From positions 1 through 64,000 of the IMG/VR virus record IMGVR_UViG_3300025086_000015: 64,000 bases of DNA; one strand, 5' to 3'. The stretch comes from a virus. The stretch's first letter is position 1. Each line of letters begins with the position of its first letter. Below the pieces are notes generated by a model. That model was given only the letters and a program-made list of their open reading frames with translations, had not been told where the DNA came from and searched no databases. Positions 28,068 to 36,381 of the stretch are shown one piece after another. Position numbers and translations under genes: made by a program.

Positions 28068-28227
28068 AAGTTTAATAAAAAAAATAAAATAACTAAAAAA
28101 TTTTTTTTGGGGTTTATTTGTGAGCGTACGGACCTCCTCAAAACAACACCCCGTCTTGTAATAGGGTTTGCAAGCACCCCCTATTAAAGCCAAAAGATGG
28201 CTTTAATTTAATTAAATACTTAATCAA

Positions 28228-28434
28228 ATGGCACAAACTTATGACAAGAATGGTAAGTGGTCTAAGACCACAACATTCACAACACCTTCGGGTTGGCACA
28301 TCAGCACTTCGTTATCTCACACTAAAGGTGAGACTGATGTTAAAAAGTCTCAAGACTTTACTAAACTTGATGAATTACCAGAGGAAATTCAACAAGGCAT
28401 CATGGATGGTACTCTTTCAATAAAATTGAAATAG
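28228..28434 (+). CDS. First rightward (early) hypothetical protein
   Basis: A-rich leader; followed directly by a terminator. Confidence 0.7.
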   Translation: MAQTYDKNGKWSKTTTFTTPSGWHISTSLSHTKGETDVKKSQDFTKLDELPEEIQQGIMDGTLSIKLK

Positions 28435-28438
28435 CACT

Positions 28439-28460
28439 AAAGGGACTTTGTCCCTTTTTT
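28439..28460 (+). terminator. Intrinsic terminator
   Basis: AAAGGGAC-TTT-GTCCCTTTTTT. Confidence 0.75.
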
Positions 28461-28580
28461 AATATATATGGTAGTAATCAATTTGTAGTTGTGAGTGTGG
28501 CTTCGTGGTCACATTCACTACTATTTCCACCATTTATACAATCAATCAAATCGTTAACATTATAATAATATAACACTAAC

Positions 28581-28700
28581 ATGAAAACACTACTTATATT
28601 ACTATTAGTAGCAGTATTCTTTGGCAGCTGCGCATCAACTTGCCAATATTCTAATAGTCATTCATATAAAATGAGAAATAATTGTGCAGCATATAGATAG
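28581..28700 (+). CDS. 39-aa lipoprotein (MKTLLILLLVAVFFGSCASTCQYSNSHSYKMRNNCAAYR)
   Basis: Type II signal peptide with FGS-C lipobox; below ORF-track cutoff. Confidence 0.7.
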   Translation: MKTLLILLLVAVFFGSCASTCQYSNSHSYKMRNNCAAYR

Positions 28701-28710
28701 TACAAAACAT

Positions 28711-28799
28711 AAATAACAAGGTTTATGATGTGAAATTCATCTCGTGGCCTCTTGACCAATCAGCCGTTAAATGCGGTAATAGATAGAGACTTGTTATTT
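28711..28799 (+). ncRNA. Structured RNA module A
   Basis: 10-bp closing stem AAATAACAAG/CTTGTTATTT enclosing three short hairpins. Confidence 0.5.
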
Positions 28800-28803
28800 T
28801 TAT

Positions 28804-28880
28804 TAGAAAGCATAAACATTAAATTGGGTATGAACATGGAGGTAGACACTATGCAGGTGTTCACATGTTCTAACTTTCTA
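28804..28880 (+). ncRNA. Structured RNA module B
   Basis: TAGAAAG/CTTTCTA, GAACATG/CATGTTC, GACAC/GTGTT; loop TATGC complementary to upstream GCATA. Confidence 0.5.
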
Positions 28881-28887
28881 TATACAT

Positions 28888-28963
28888 AAATAAAGAATAG
28901 TAGAACGTCTTGGATAACAACCTGCAGTGGTAAACCGTAAGGCATGTGGACTATTCTTTATTT
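28888..28963 (+). ncRNA. Structured RNA module C
   Basis: Perfect 14-bp closing stem AAATAAAGAATAGT/ACTATTCTTTATTT. Confidence 0.5.
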
Positions 28964-28964
28964 T

Positions 28965-29865
28965 AAAATACAGTTGTAAGGTATTTATAGATAAACCTTG
29001 TTTTCTAGATAAACAAAACTAATCTTGACACTGATTGACTTGCAAGCAATCACCTATCTGGTTTAAAGAAGAAACTTTGATTTCATTCTTTACCGTGGAT
29101 TTAAAATGGTAAACGTGTCCTAAAATATGGATGTGTGTCCATACTGATGATTCCAAAAGGATGAATTTAGAAAGATTTTGGGGCTTAACCCGATAAGTAT
29201 AGTAATATACTTAAAGACATAGTGTGGAATCTATGTTGCCAGCAATGGTCAATTTAAGCAAGCAGGATACTACACGGCACCAATGGACAAATGTCTGAGG
29301 GTATGTGTATCGCTTCTATTTTAGTTGGAGTGATGAGCTAGTGATAGCAATAGGAAATAACTGTAGATTTAGTTTTGAGTTAACTGTCGAGTTAATAAAG
29401 AGTATAAATCAGTATGATGGGCAATCTTAGGGAATAAGATATAACCTGAAATACCATAACGATGAAAAGTTATACTTGAGTAGTTTAGTATTTTGTCTCT
29501 CAAAAGGAGGCGAAACTAATGAATAACCGCTACTTGAACCATAAATAATAACAATATTTATACAACTAAAAAAGAACAAGTGTTGTTCCGTTAAACATTG
29601 AAAGATGACTAAGTCTGAACACGTATGCGTATGTGAATTCAGTTGCATTGATCCCTCAAGGTGATATGTATTTCAAGTGAAAGTCAGGTATGGGCCCTAG
29701 AACCCATCACCTCGTATGAGTAGTTTGTGAGTAAATGTTTATTGTTAAGAGTGGTTAGCTATACTAACCGTCATTACACAATACTATTGGAGACGATAGT
29801 GGATACGTTGCTAACTCATAAGGCAACAAAAGATGTGTACTATTAGCTATAATCTCAGGCTATAT
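28965..29865 (+). ncRNA. GOLLD-like giant structured RNA (~900 nt)
   Basis: No credible ORF; long-range TACAGTT(28969)/AACTGTA(29359); many hairpins; elements recalled from GOLLD RNAs (GAGTAG...CTCAAAAGG, hairpin-GTGGATA-stem-AAAGA, terminal TAGC-TATAATCTCAG-GCTA). Not confirmed with a covariance model. Confidence 0.7.
29118..29172 (+). ncRNA. Type III hammerhead ribozyme, variant core (U15.1-A16.1, AAA cleavage triplet)
   Basis: Stem III CTAAA/TTTAG; stem I TATGGA-TGTGTG-TCCATA; CTGATGA at 29144-29150; stem II T-TCC-AAAA-GGA-T; GAA at 29163-29165. Confidence 0.75.
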
Positions 29866-29891
29866 TTTATTAACCTTTTAATCTAAATACT

Positions 29892-30029
29892 ATGAACAAC
29901 AAGAAATTACTCAAGAATATAACTTGGGAGCTCAAAAGAGCTGAAAAATATTGTACAATATCAATGATACTAAATGTATTATTTATATTAATAATAGCAA
30001 TACAAGCAATTCAATTATATATTAACTAA
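29892..30029 (+). CDS. 45-aa membrane protein
   Basis: Hand-translated; C-terminal hydrophobic helix; CTAAATACT leader. Confidence 0.5.
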   Translation: MNNKKLLKNITWELKRAEKYCTISMILNVLFILIIAIQAIQLYIN

Positions 30030-30169
30030 ATACTAAATAAACATGGAAACAGATCAAAGAATTTTGAAAAAGAATTTAGAGATAACTAAACTATCTCAAC
30101 AAGTAGATAAACTAACATCAGAGTTAGTTAATCTAAAAGAAGAGTATAAACAATTAAAAAACAACACTC

Positions 30170-30463
30170 ATGAAGAAGAAAGATGAAGTATGGTACTGTG
30201 AAAACAGTAAGGGACAAAAGATTCCACCTTATAAAAGTACTTATATTGTACCTAAACCTAAGAAATGGACATTTGAACGTATCTTAAATAGAATAGGTGT
30301 TGTCATTGGCATAGCTATGCTTGTAGCTATTGCATTTAGCTTGACATCTTGCGGGTCATTAAAAATGACTGAGAAAGATAAACAAGTAAATTATGAAATT
30401 GAGAAGTTATATATTAAATATACTTATCAAAGAGATTCAATACTAATCGAGAATTATAAATAA
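30170..30463 (+). CDS. Membrane/lipoprotein-like early protein
   Basis: Hydrophobic helix ending LTSCGS. Confidence 0.65.
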   Translation: MKKKDEVWYCENSKGQKIPPYKSTYIVPKPKKWTFERILNRIGVVIGIAMLVAIAFSLTSCGSLKMTEKDKQVNYEIEKLYIKYTYQRDSILIENYK

Positions 30464-30627
30464 CTTAAATATTACATTATGAAAACAAAAACTAAGATTG
30501 AAATTAAAACTGAGTTTATACCTATAGTAGGGTTAGCAGCTGGTTACAGGTCGCGTGAATTAATATTTGTATTACCATTTATATCTATTGAGATAAATTT
30601 TGGTAAACGTAAAGATAAATACGACTT

Positions 30628-30828
30628 ATGATGGCAGAACTGTTTCAAGTGTGTGTTGACTTGTTAAGAGACTTGTCATCATACCTTGGATGTACTTATG
30701 AAGAAATAAATATTATTATATTTATTATTCTACATCCAACGATCACATTACATTTTATCCTTAAATATAGAAAAGCTAATAAAGAATTTTATAAACTAAG
30801 AGAAATGTACTGGAAACTTAAAAATTAA
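30628..30828 (+). CDS. Small membrane protein
   Basis: LGCTYEEINIIIFIILHP. Confidence 0.65.
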   Translation: MMAELFQVCVDLLRDLSSYLGCTYEEINIIIFIILHPTITLHFILKYRKANKEFYKLREMYWKLKN

Positions 30829-30846
30829 TCTAACCTAAATACTATT

Positions 30847-31110
30847 ATGAAAGAAACCAAAATTATTACTATCACATATGAGTGTGACGCTTATGGTAAT
30901 CACGATTGTCTTGTTGAGGCAATCTGTGATACCAGTGAGCAACAATTTACAGATAAAATGGACGCTATTCATTTTATTGGTGAGTGTACATCTTGCAAGC
31001 ATAACTTAAAAGACATACATCCAGATCTCTTCTTCTGGGAAAATAATGAAGAACAACATGATATTCCTAACAAGGTGTTAGAAGAATATAGAATTAACAA
31101 TAATTATTAA
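30847..31110 (+). CDS. Hypothetical Cys/His-rich protein
   Basis: ORF with CTAAATACT leader. Confidence 0.6.
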   Translation: MKETKIITITYECDAYGNHDCLVEAICDTSEQQFTDKMDAIHFIGECTSCKHNLKDIHPDLFFWENNEEQHDIPNKVLEEYRINNNY

Positions 31111-31129
31111 TAAACAAAAACAATTAAAC

Positions 31130-31723
31130 ATGGACAAGAAAAATGAGTTAAACAGTGGATCATTAGATACACTAAAAGTAGGTGAAACATTATTGATTTC
31201 AGCTAGACAAATTAACAATGGTAAAATATCATTAGAATTTGCAGAGAAAATAACAGCTAAAGATAGACCAGTTAGTGCATTAACAGTATTAAATGCAAGT
31301 GATGATAGATTTAGTTCAGGTGCTAGACGTGGTTGGGCAACTGCAGAACCATTAGATGCATCTAAAGCATTTGATGTAAATTTTGGTGATGATGGTGAAT
31401 GGTATACATCTGAAAGAGGTGAAATGATGGATTTAGATATTTTAAATCCTACATTTAATGATGTTAGATTTAGAGTTCAAATTACAGAAACAACTGAGCC
31501 AACGGAATGGCAGGCTGAAAATCTGGAAAGAGCTGCTAAACGTGCAGGTAAAGATGGAGATTATATTACACATAAAGGTGATTATATTTTCTCTAACTCT
31601 GATATAATATTATTACCAGAAGGAGAGGATGCTAACCATACATGGTTAACACCAGACACAGAAAGAATGGCTTCTAAGACAAAAGTTGTTGTAGAAGCAG
31701 ATGAGGTTGAGGATATGATGTAA
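31130..31723 (+). CDS. Hypothetical protein, possible ssDNA-binding protein
   Basis: Beta-rich with acidic tail; strong codon bias; function is a guess. Confidence 0.6.
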   Translation: MDKKNELNSGSLDTLKVGETLLISARQINNGKISLEFAEKITAKDRPVSALTVLNASDDRFSSGARRGWATAEPLDASKAFDVNFGDDGEWYTSERGEMMDLDILNPTFNDVRFRVQITETTEPTEWQAENLERAAKRAGKDGDYITHKGDYIFSNSDIILLPEGEDANHTWLTPDTERMASKTKVVVEADEVEDMM

Positions 31724-31741
31724 ATAAAATAAATACATTAC

Positions 31742-31772
31742 TTGCATAATGTACTTATTTTTCATATATTTG
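31742..31772 (+). promoter_or_regulatory. Bacteroidota promoter (TTG-N20-TATATTTG)
   Basis: Consensus -7 and partial -33 in an intergenic region. Confidence 0.6.
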
Positions 31773-31901
31773 TGGCAGATTTAGATATAGACTATAAAAG
31801 TTTTATTTATATACTGCCATAAATAATTGAAACTGAGCATCTTAAATTCAAAACCAAAACAGTCACCACAGACTATAAAAGGAGTATTTAGTAGATGATA
31901 T

Positions 31902-31935
31902 AGAGAGGGCTTCTTCATAAGGGAGCTCTCTTTTT
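31902..31935 (+). terminator. Intrinsic terminator
   Basis: AGAGAGGGCTTCTT-CAT-AAGGGAGCTCTCTTTTT. Confidence 0.7.
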
Positions 31936-31974
31936 ATCTATATACTCAAACAAACATTAATTAAAACAAGTATT

Positions 31975-32223
31975 ATGGGACATATGAAATGGATCTTCGA
32001 CATGATTGTAGACGGATCATATGAAGATTTTAAAAAAGAATATATTAAATGTGTATTAACAAAACAAGACACATTTAATTGGGGCAGTAAAAATATTGCC
32101 AAAAGTTATGGTAAGAGTGTGGTTAAATATGTAGATGAACATTTAATACATGAATACGACAAACATATTGATCAATGCATTGAATCAGAAGCAACAATGC
32201 GTGAATCATATGCAAATTATTAA
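31975..32223 (+). CDS. Hypothetical protein
   Basis: 82 aa ORF with A-rich leader. Confidence 0.65.
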   Translation: MGHMKWIFDMIVDGSYEDFKKEYIKCVLTKQDTFNWGSKNIAKSYGKSVVKYVDEHLIHEYDKHIDQCIESEATMRESYANY

Positions 32224-32238
32224 TTTAAATATATAATC

Positions 32239-32382
32239 ATGGATAGACATAGAAAAACGATTAGCATTATCTGCATAACAGTGGTTCTGTTATTGATAGT
32301 ATGGAATTGCTTTTCACCTAAACAATCTCCTATAGTTTCTGATGAAGATTTAAAAGAACTTATAAAATTAACATCAGAATGA
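32239..32382 (+). CDS. 47-aa membrane protein
   Basis: Hand-translated; ATGA overlap with polA. Confidence 0.55.
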   Translation: MDRHRKTISIICITVVLLLIVWNCFSPKQSPIVSDEDLKELIKLTSE

Positions 32383-34280
32383 TTACGTTAGTAGATAATA
32401 CAATAGCCAACCTACCTACATCACATTATCAGTTGGGAACGATTGATGATGTGGTGAGCTATTGTGCTGATAAAACAGTATTAGGGGTAGATACAGAGAC
32501 TGAAGGATTTGATTTTACATGTAAGAAAATGATTATGTTTCAAATTGGAGATGAGAATCAACAGTTTGTGATAGATACTAGAGTAGTTAGTATTGAACCG
32601 TTACGAAATATATTAGAGAGCAGAGAAATTATAAAAATATTTCACAATGCTAAATTTGATTATAAATTTATTCGTAGATGGGCAGATATTAAATGTGAAG
32701 GTATTTACGACACATTCTTAACAGAACTAGTTATTAGTTGTGGTAAGAGTTTAGGTTATGGGCTTAAAGATTTATGTAAACGCTATTTAAATGTAGACTT
32801 AAATAAAGAAGTTCGTAATCAGTTTATAGGTTTAACTGGACAACCATTTAGATCTGATCAGATAGTTTATGGTGCTAAAGATGTAGAGTATTTATGTAAG
32901 ATTAAAAACTTACAACAGCCTGATATAGATAAGTATAAATTACAAAATGTAGTTAACTTAGAAAATGAAGCTGTACTTGCATTTGCAGACATGGAGTATA
33001 ATGGATTAGATTTAGATGTACTTGAATGGAATAAACTTGAACAAGGTAATAAAGAAGGAGCATTAGCTTTAAGTAATGAATTAGATTTAATGATTACAGA
33101 AGATGCTAGATTACAAAGATTTGTAAAGAAATATGTACAATCAGACATGTTTACACCAATTGAAGATATAAGAAAAATTGATGTTAAATGGTCATCTCCT
33201 AAACAGGTTCTTGAAGTTTTTCAAGTACTTGTTCCAGGACTCGACAATGTTAACGGTAAACAGATGTACAAATATCGCTTTAAGCTTCCACTTATTGATA
33301 AATATGTAAAATATAAGGAAGCTATGAAGTTATGTACATCATATGGTGATGCATTTCTTAAGAATTTGTCAGGAGACAACAAGATCCATACAGGTTTTCA
33401 TCAAATACTAGACACAGGGCGGGTAAGCTCTTCCAAACCTAACATGCAGCAGATACCTGCTGATAATAGATTTAGGAATTGCTTTACTGCACCATCAGGT
33501 TGGAAATATGTAAGTGCAGATTATTCTTCACAAGAGTTGAATGTCATCGCTTTTGGTAGTAACGATCCAGTTTGGATAAATGCATTGAAGAATGACGAGG
33601 ATTTACACTCAACTTGTGCTGAATTAGTATACGGTGAAACATGGATGAACAGTGGTGAAGATGATTGCGCTTACTTTGAACGTAGAGGTAAGTGCAATTG
33701 TCCATCACATAAAAAACTAAGAACAAATGTTAAAACTATTAATTTTGGTCTGGCTTATGGTATGGGCCCTAATAAGCTTTCTGATACTCTTAATATTAGT
33801 GTGGATGAAGCTAAAGGGCTTATCGAAAAGTATTTCACGGCCTTCCCAGCAATCAAAGGATTCTTAGAGAAACTAGGCAATTTTGGTAAAAGGTATGGTT
33901 ATATTAAAACATTTCCACCTTATAACAGAAGGCGTTGGTTTACTAATTGGTATCCTAAAATATGGGACAACAAATCATCAGTTATGGAGCTTGGCAGTAT
34001 AGAGCGTGCTAGTAAAAATACGCCTATACAAGGAGCTAGTGCAGACATGACTAAAAAAGCTTTGGTTTTATTACGTAGCTTAATAAAAGAAAACAAGTTA
34101 GAAAACCAAGTTAAATTAGTAATGACTGTACATGACCAGATAGATACTATATGTGAGAGTAGATTTGCAGATAGTTGGGGTCGATTGATGAAAATGACAA
34201 TGGAAGAAGCTGCATTGGAAATAGTAACAAACGGTTTGCTAAAAGCTGAAGTAACAATTAGCAACTGTTGGGAAAAATAA
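32379..34280 (+). CDS. polA: Family A DNA polymerase (3'-5' exonuclease + polymerase)
   Basis: Exo DTET, HNAKFD, YGAKDV; TGRVSS..PNMQQIP; motif A ADYSSQEL; motif B KTINFGLAYG; NTPIQGASAD; motif C VHDQ. Confidence 0.95.
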   Translation: MITLVDNTIANLPTSHYQLGTIDDVVSYCADKTVLGVDTETEGFDFTCKKMIMFQIGDENQQFVIDTRVVSIEPLRNILESREIIKIFHNAKFDYKFIRRWADIKCEGIYDTFLTELVISCGKSLGYGLKDLCKRYLNVDLNKEVRNQFIGLTGQPFRSDQIVYGAKDVEYLCKIKNLQQPDIDKYKLQNVVNLENEAVLAFADMEYNGLDLDVLEWNKLEQGNKEGALALSNELDLMITEDARLQRFVKKYVQSDMFTPIEDIRKIDVKWSSPKQVLEVFQVLVPGLDNVNGKQMYKYRFKLPLIDKYVKYKEAMKLCTSYGDAFLKNLSGDNKIHTGFHQILDTGRVSSSKPNMQQIPADNRFRNCFTAPSGWKYVSADYSSQELNVIAFGSNDPVWINALKNDEDLHSTCAELVYGETWMNSGEDDCAYFERRGKCNCPSHKKLRTNVKTINFGLAYGMGPNKLSDTLNISVDEAKGLIEKYFTAFPAIKGFLEKLGNFGKRYGYIKTFPPYNRRRWFTNWYPKIWDNKSSVMELGSIERASKNTPIQGASADMTKKALVLLRSLIKENKLENQVKLVMTVHDQIDTICESRFADSWGRLMKMTMEEAALEIVTNGLLKAEVTISNCWEK

Positions 34281-34373
34281 ATAGAGGGGAGGTTAGTAAT
34301 TTAAAGGGCGCTATTGCCCAACATAACTCAGCGGTTATACTTTGTGAACAATTACAATTCCTCCCCTTTATTT
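34279..34373 (+). ncRNA. Structured RNA module D
   Basis: 14-bp closing stem AAATAGAGGGGAGG/CCTCCCCTTTATTT; inner GTAATT/AATTAC, GGGC/GCCC, ATAACT/GGTTAT. Confidence 0.55.
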
Positions 34374-34378
34374 TAATA

Positions 34379-34473
34379 TATACGAGGGGGCTACGGGCAT
34401 AAAGGATATAGAACTACACGAAGTAGTGACTAGTCTACAACCAGGTTAATACTTTGTCTAGCCCCTAAGTATA
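34379..34473 (+). ncRNA. Structured RNA module E
   Basis: TATAC/GTATA, GGGGCTA/TAGCCCC, ACTAC/GTAGT; shares GGTTA(A)TACTTTGT with module D. Confidence 0.5.
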
Positions 34474-34490
34474 ACTATAAAATATAAAAC

Positions 34491-34748
34491 ATGGATAAAA
34501 AATTAGTAGAAGCATTTGTATTAGAATGTAAACAAGAACAAGAGTGGAAAGAAAGATTCAAAGCTAATCACATTGATTTTAATGACTACTTTAAATATAG
34601 TGGTAAGATTGAAGAGGTTAGTGATGAGTATAAAGAATATTTAGGAGCACAAACTTATGCTGCAATTAAAGCAACTGTAAGAGAATCAGCTGGTAGAAAG
34701 GAGTACTTTAGACAATACTGGTTAAAATATAAATTAAATCAAATATAA
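34491..34748 (+). CDS. Hypothetical protein
   Basis: ORF in operon. Confidence 0.65.
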   Translation: MDKKLVEAFVLECKQEQEWKERFKANHIDFNDYFKYSGKIEEVSDEYKEYLGAQTYAAIKATVRESAGRKEYFRQYWLKYKLNQI

Positions 34749-34749
34749 T

Positions 34750-35013
34750 ATGAAAAAGATAAGACAAACTCAAGTAGATTCATTCAATGAATTGAAAAAA
34801 GACATGAGTGACAGACAAAAATCTGTATACTCTGTTCTACTTGTGCATGGAGACTGCACAAATAGAGAATTAGCTAGATATTTAGGATGGGATATAAATA
34901 GAGTAACAGGTAGAGTTACAGAACTAGTAAATCTAGGGATGGTAAATACAAATGGAACTAGATTTGATCATGAAACTAATAGAACAGTTACACTATGGAA
35001 AGTATCGAAATGA
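34750..35013 (+). CDS. Winged-HTH protein
   Basis: TNRELARYLGWDINRVTGRVTEL. Confidence 0.8.
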   Translation: MKKIRQTQVDSFNELKKDMSDRQKSVYSVLLVHGDCTNRELARYLGWDINRVTGRVTELVNLGMVNTNGTRFDHETNRTVTLWKVSK

Positions 35014-36158
35014 AAAAGATAAATGCAATAAGAGATAAACAGCAAAGACTTGCATTGAATTCTTGGGCACAGAGTGACTTTAAAGGCTCTGTTATTGCTG
35101 GTACAGGTTTTGGTAAATCTAGGTGTGGTGTGTTAGCAGTAGAGCACGCACTTAAAAATGGAGGTAAAGCTTTATTGCTTGTTCCTACTACTCAACTACA
35201 AGATCAGTTTATAGAAGAGTTTAACAAATGGGGTGTAAGTACTGAAAATGTAGAAGTTTTATGTTATCAGAGTGCTTATAAGTTAAAAGACAAACATTAT
35301 GATATAGTTGTGTGTGACGAGGTCCATTTAGGATTGAGTATTAAATATCGTGAGTTTTTTGTAAATAATACTTATGATAAACTATTATGTATGACTGCTA
35401 CATTGCCAGAAGAGCCTGAATACAAAGTAAAATTACACATGTTAGCACCTACTGTATATGAAATTTCATTAGACCAATGTGTAGCATTAGGTATTGTTGC
35501 TCCATATAAAATATACTGCAAACCTTTAGAACTAACACCTACAGAAGCACAAGATTATAAAAGTATAAATAATAAATTTATTTATTATAAATATAAACTT
35601 GGGCAATTTGACGCCTTTAATGAAGCTAAAAGAATAATATCTGATAAAAATGCTAGTGGAGAAGAGAAAGCTAGTGCAGCTCAATTTTACAGATGTATAA
35701 GAGAGCGTAAAAAGATAGTAGACTTTGCTGCAAATAAAATAACAGAGTTTCAAAATCTTGTTAAGTCTAACTTAGATAAGAAAATATTAGCATTTTCTGG
35801 AGCTAATGAATTTACAGATAAATTATGTGATTCTGTAGATCCTTATAGTGTTGCGTATCACAGTAAAAAGACCAAAAAACAAAAAGCAAGTGCCTTAGAA
35901 GCATTTAACGATGGGTCTAAAAATGTATTGTGTTCAACAAAAGCATTAAATCAAGGTTTTGATGTTCCTGATGCTAATATGGGGATTATATGTGGTTTAA
36001 CTAGTAAATCTTTATCTATGATACAACGTGTAGGTAGGTTAATTAGATTTCAAGAAGGTAAAGTTGGGGACATATATATACTGTATGTTAAGAATAGTCA
36101 AGAAGAAAAATGGCTAAAAAGTGCAGTAAAAAATTTAAATAATATTAATTGGCTTTAG
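34995..36158 (+). CDS. SF2 DNA helicase (XPB/UvsW-like)
   Basis: GTGFGKS, DEVH, TAT, QGFDVP, QRVGR. Confidence 0.9.
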   Translation: MESIEMKKINAIRDKQQRLALNSWAQSDFKGSVIAGTGFGKSRCGVLAVEHALKNGGKALLLVPTTQLQDQFIEEFNKWGVSTENVEVLCYQSAYKLKDKHYDIVVCDEVHLGLSIKYREFFVNNTYDKLLCMTATLPEEPEYKVKLHMLAPTVYEISLDQCVALGIVAPYKIYCKPLELTPTEAQDYKSINNKFIYYKYKLGQFDAFNEAKRIISDKNASGEEKASAAQFYRCIRERKKIVDFAANKITEFQNLVKSNLDKKILAFSGANEFTDKLCDSVDPYSVAYHSKKTKKQKASALEAFNDGSKNVLCSTKALNQGFDVPDANMGIICGLTSKSLSMIQRVGRLIRFQEGKVGDIYILYVKNSQEEKWLKSAVKNLNNINWL

Positions 36159-36169
36159 CCTATAAAAAA

Positions 36170-36201
36170 TTTGATTATGATACAAGAAACTATTATATTT
36201 G
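36170..36201 (+). promoter_or_regulatory. Consensus Bacteroidota promoter (TTTG-N20-TATATTTG)
   Basis: Exact -33 and -7 match upstream of the replication genes. Confidence 0.7.
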
Positions 36202-36381
36202 CCATCCTTTTATATTTAATAGCTACAAATTCGTTTTGTAAATTATTTATAGATCAATACGGTATATATTTAATCTTAAAGAAGAAAGATTATATATCTA
36301 CACCAACGGGGATAACAGAGCAAGAGAAAATAAAAATTAAAACATTGATTCAATTTACGAATCAACAAAAACCATTTTAAT

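Noticed and set aside
28742-28775. Pistol ribozyme resemblance (CGTGG...CGTTAAAT)
   Set aside because: P1 partner and downstream conserved elements do not match; retained only as unknown module A
29328-29358. Second hammerhead-like string (GTGATGAG-CTA-GTGA-TAG...GGAAA)
   Set aside because: Lacks C3, spacing to GAAA is wrong and no stems I/III; better explained as part of the GOLLD-like fold
28700-29890. tRNA or tmRNA genes, and ORFs 28760-28945 and 29427-29648
   Set aside because: No T-loop GTTC(G/A)A cloverleaf or CCA end seen; the ORFs are antisense to the structured RNA and lack protein-like features
22731-34280. Introns, inteins or homing endonucleases in terL or polA
   Set aside because: Both ORFs are continuous, of normal length and lack intein or LAGLIDADG/HNH motifs
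36171-36380. 69-aa ORF between helicase and initiator-like gene
   Set aside because: Its start coincides with a consensus promoter and it has no recognisable motif; not excluded but unsupported
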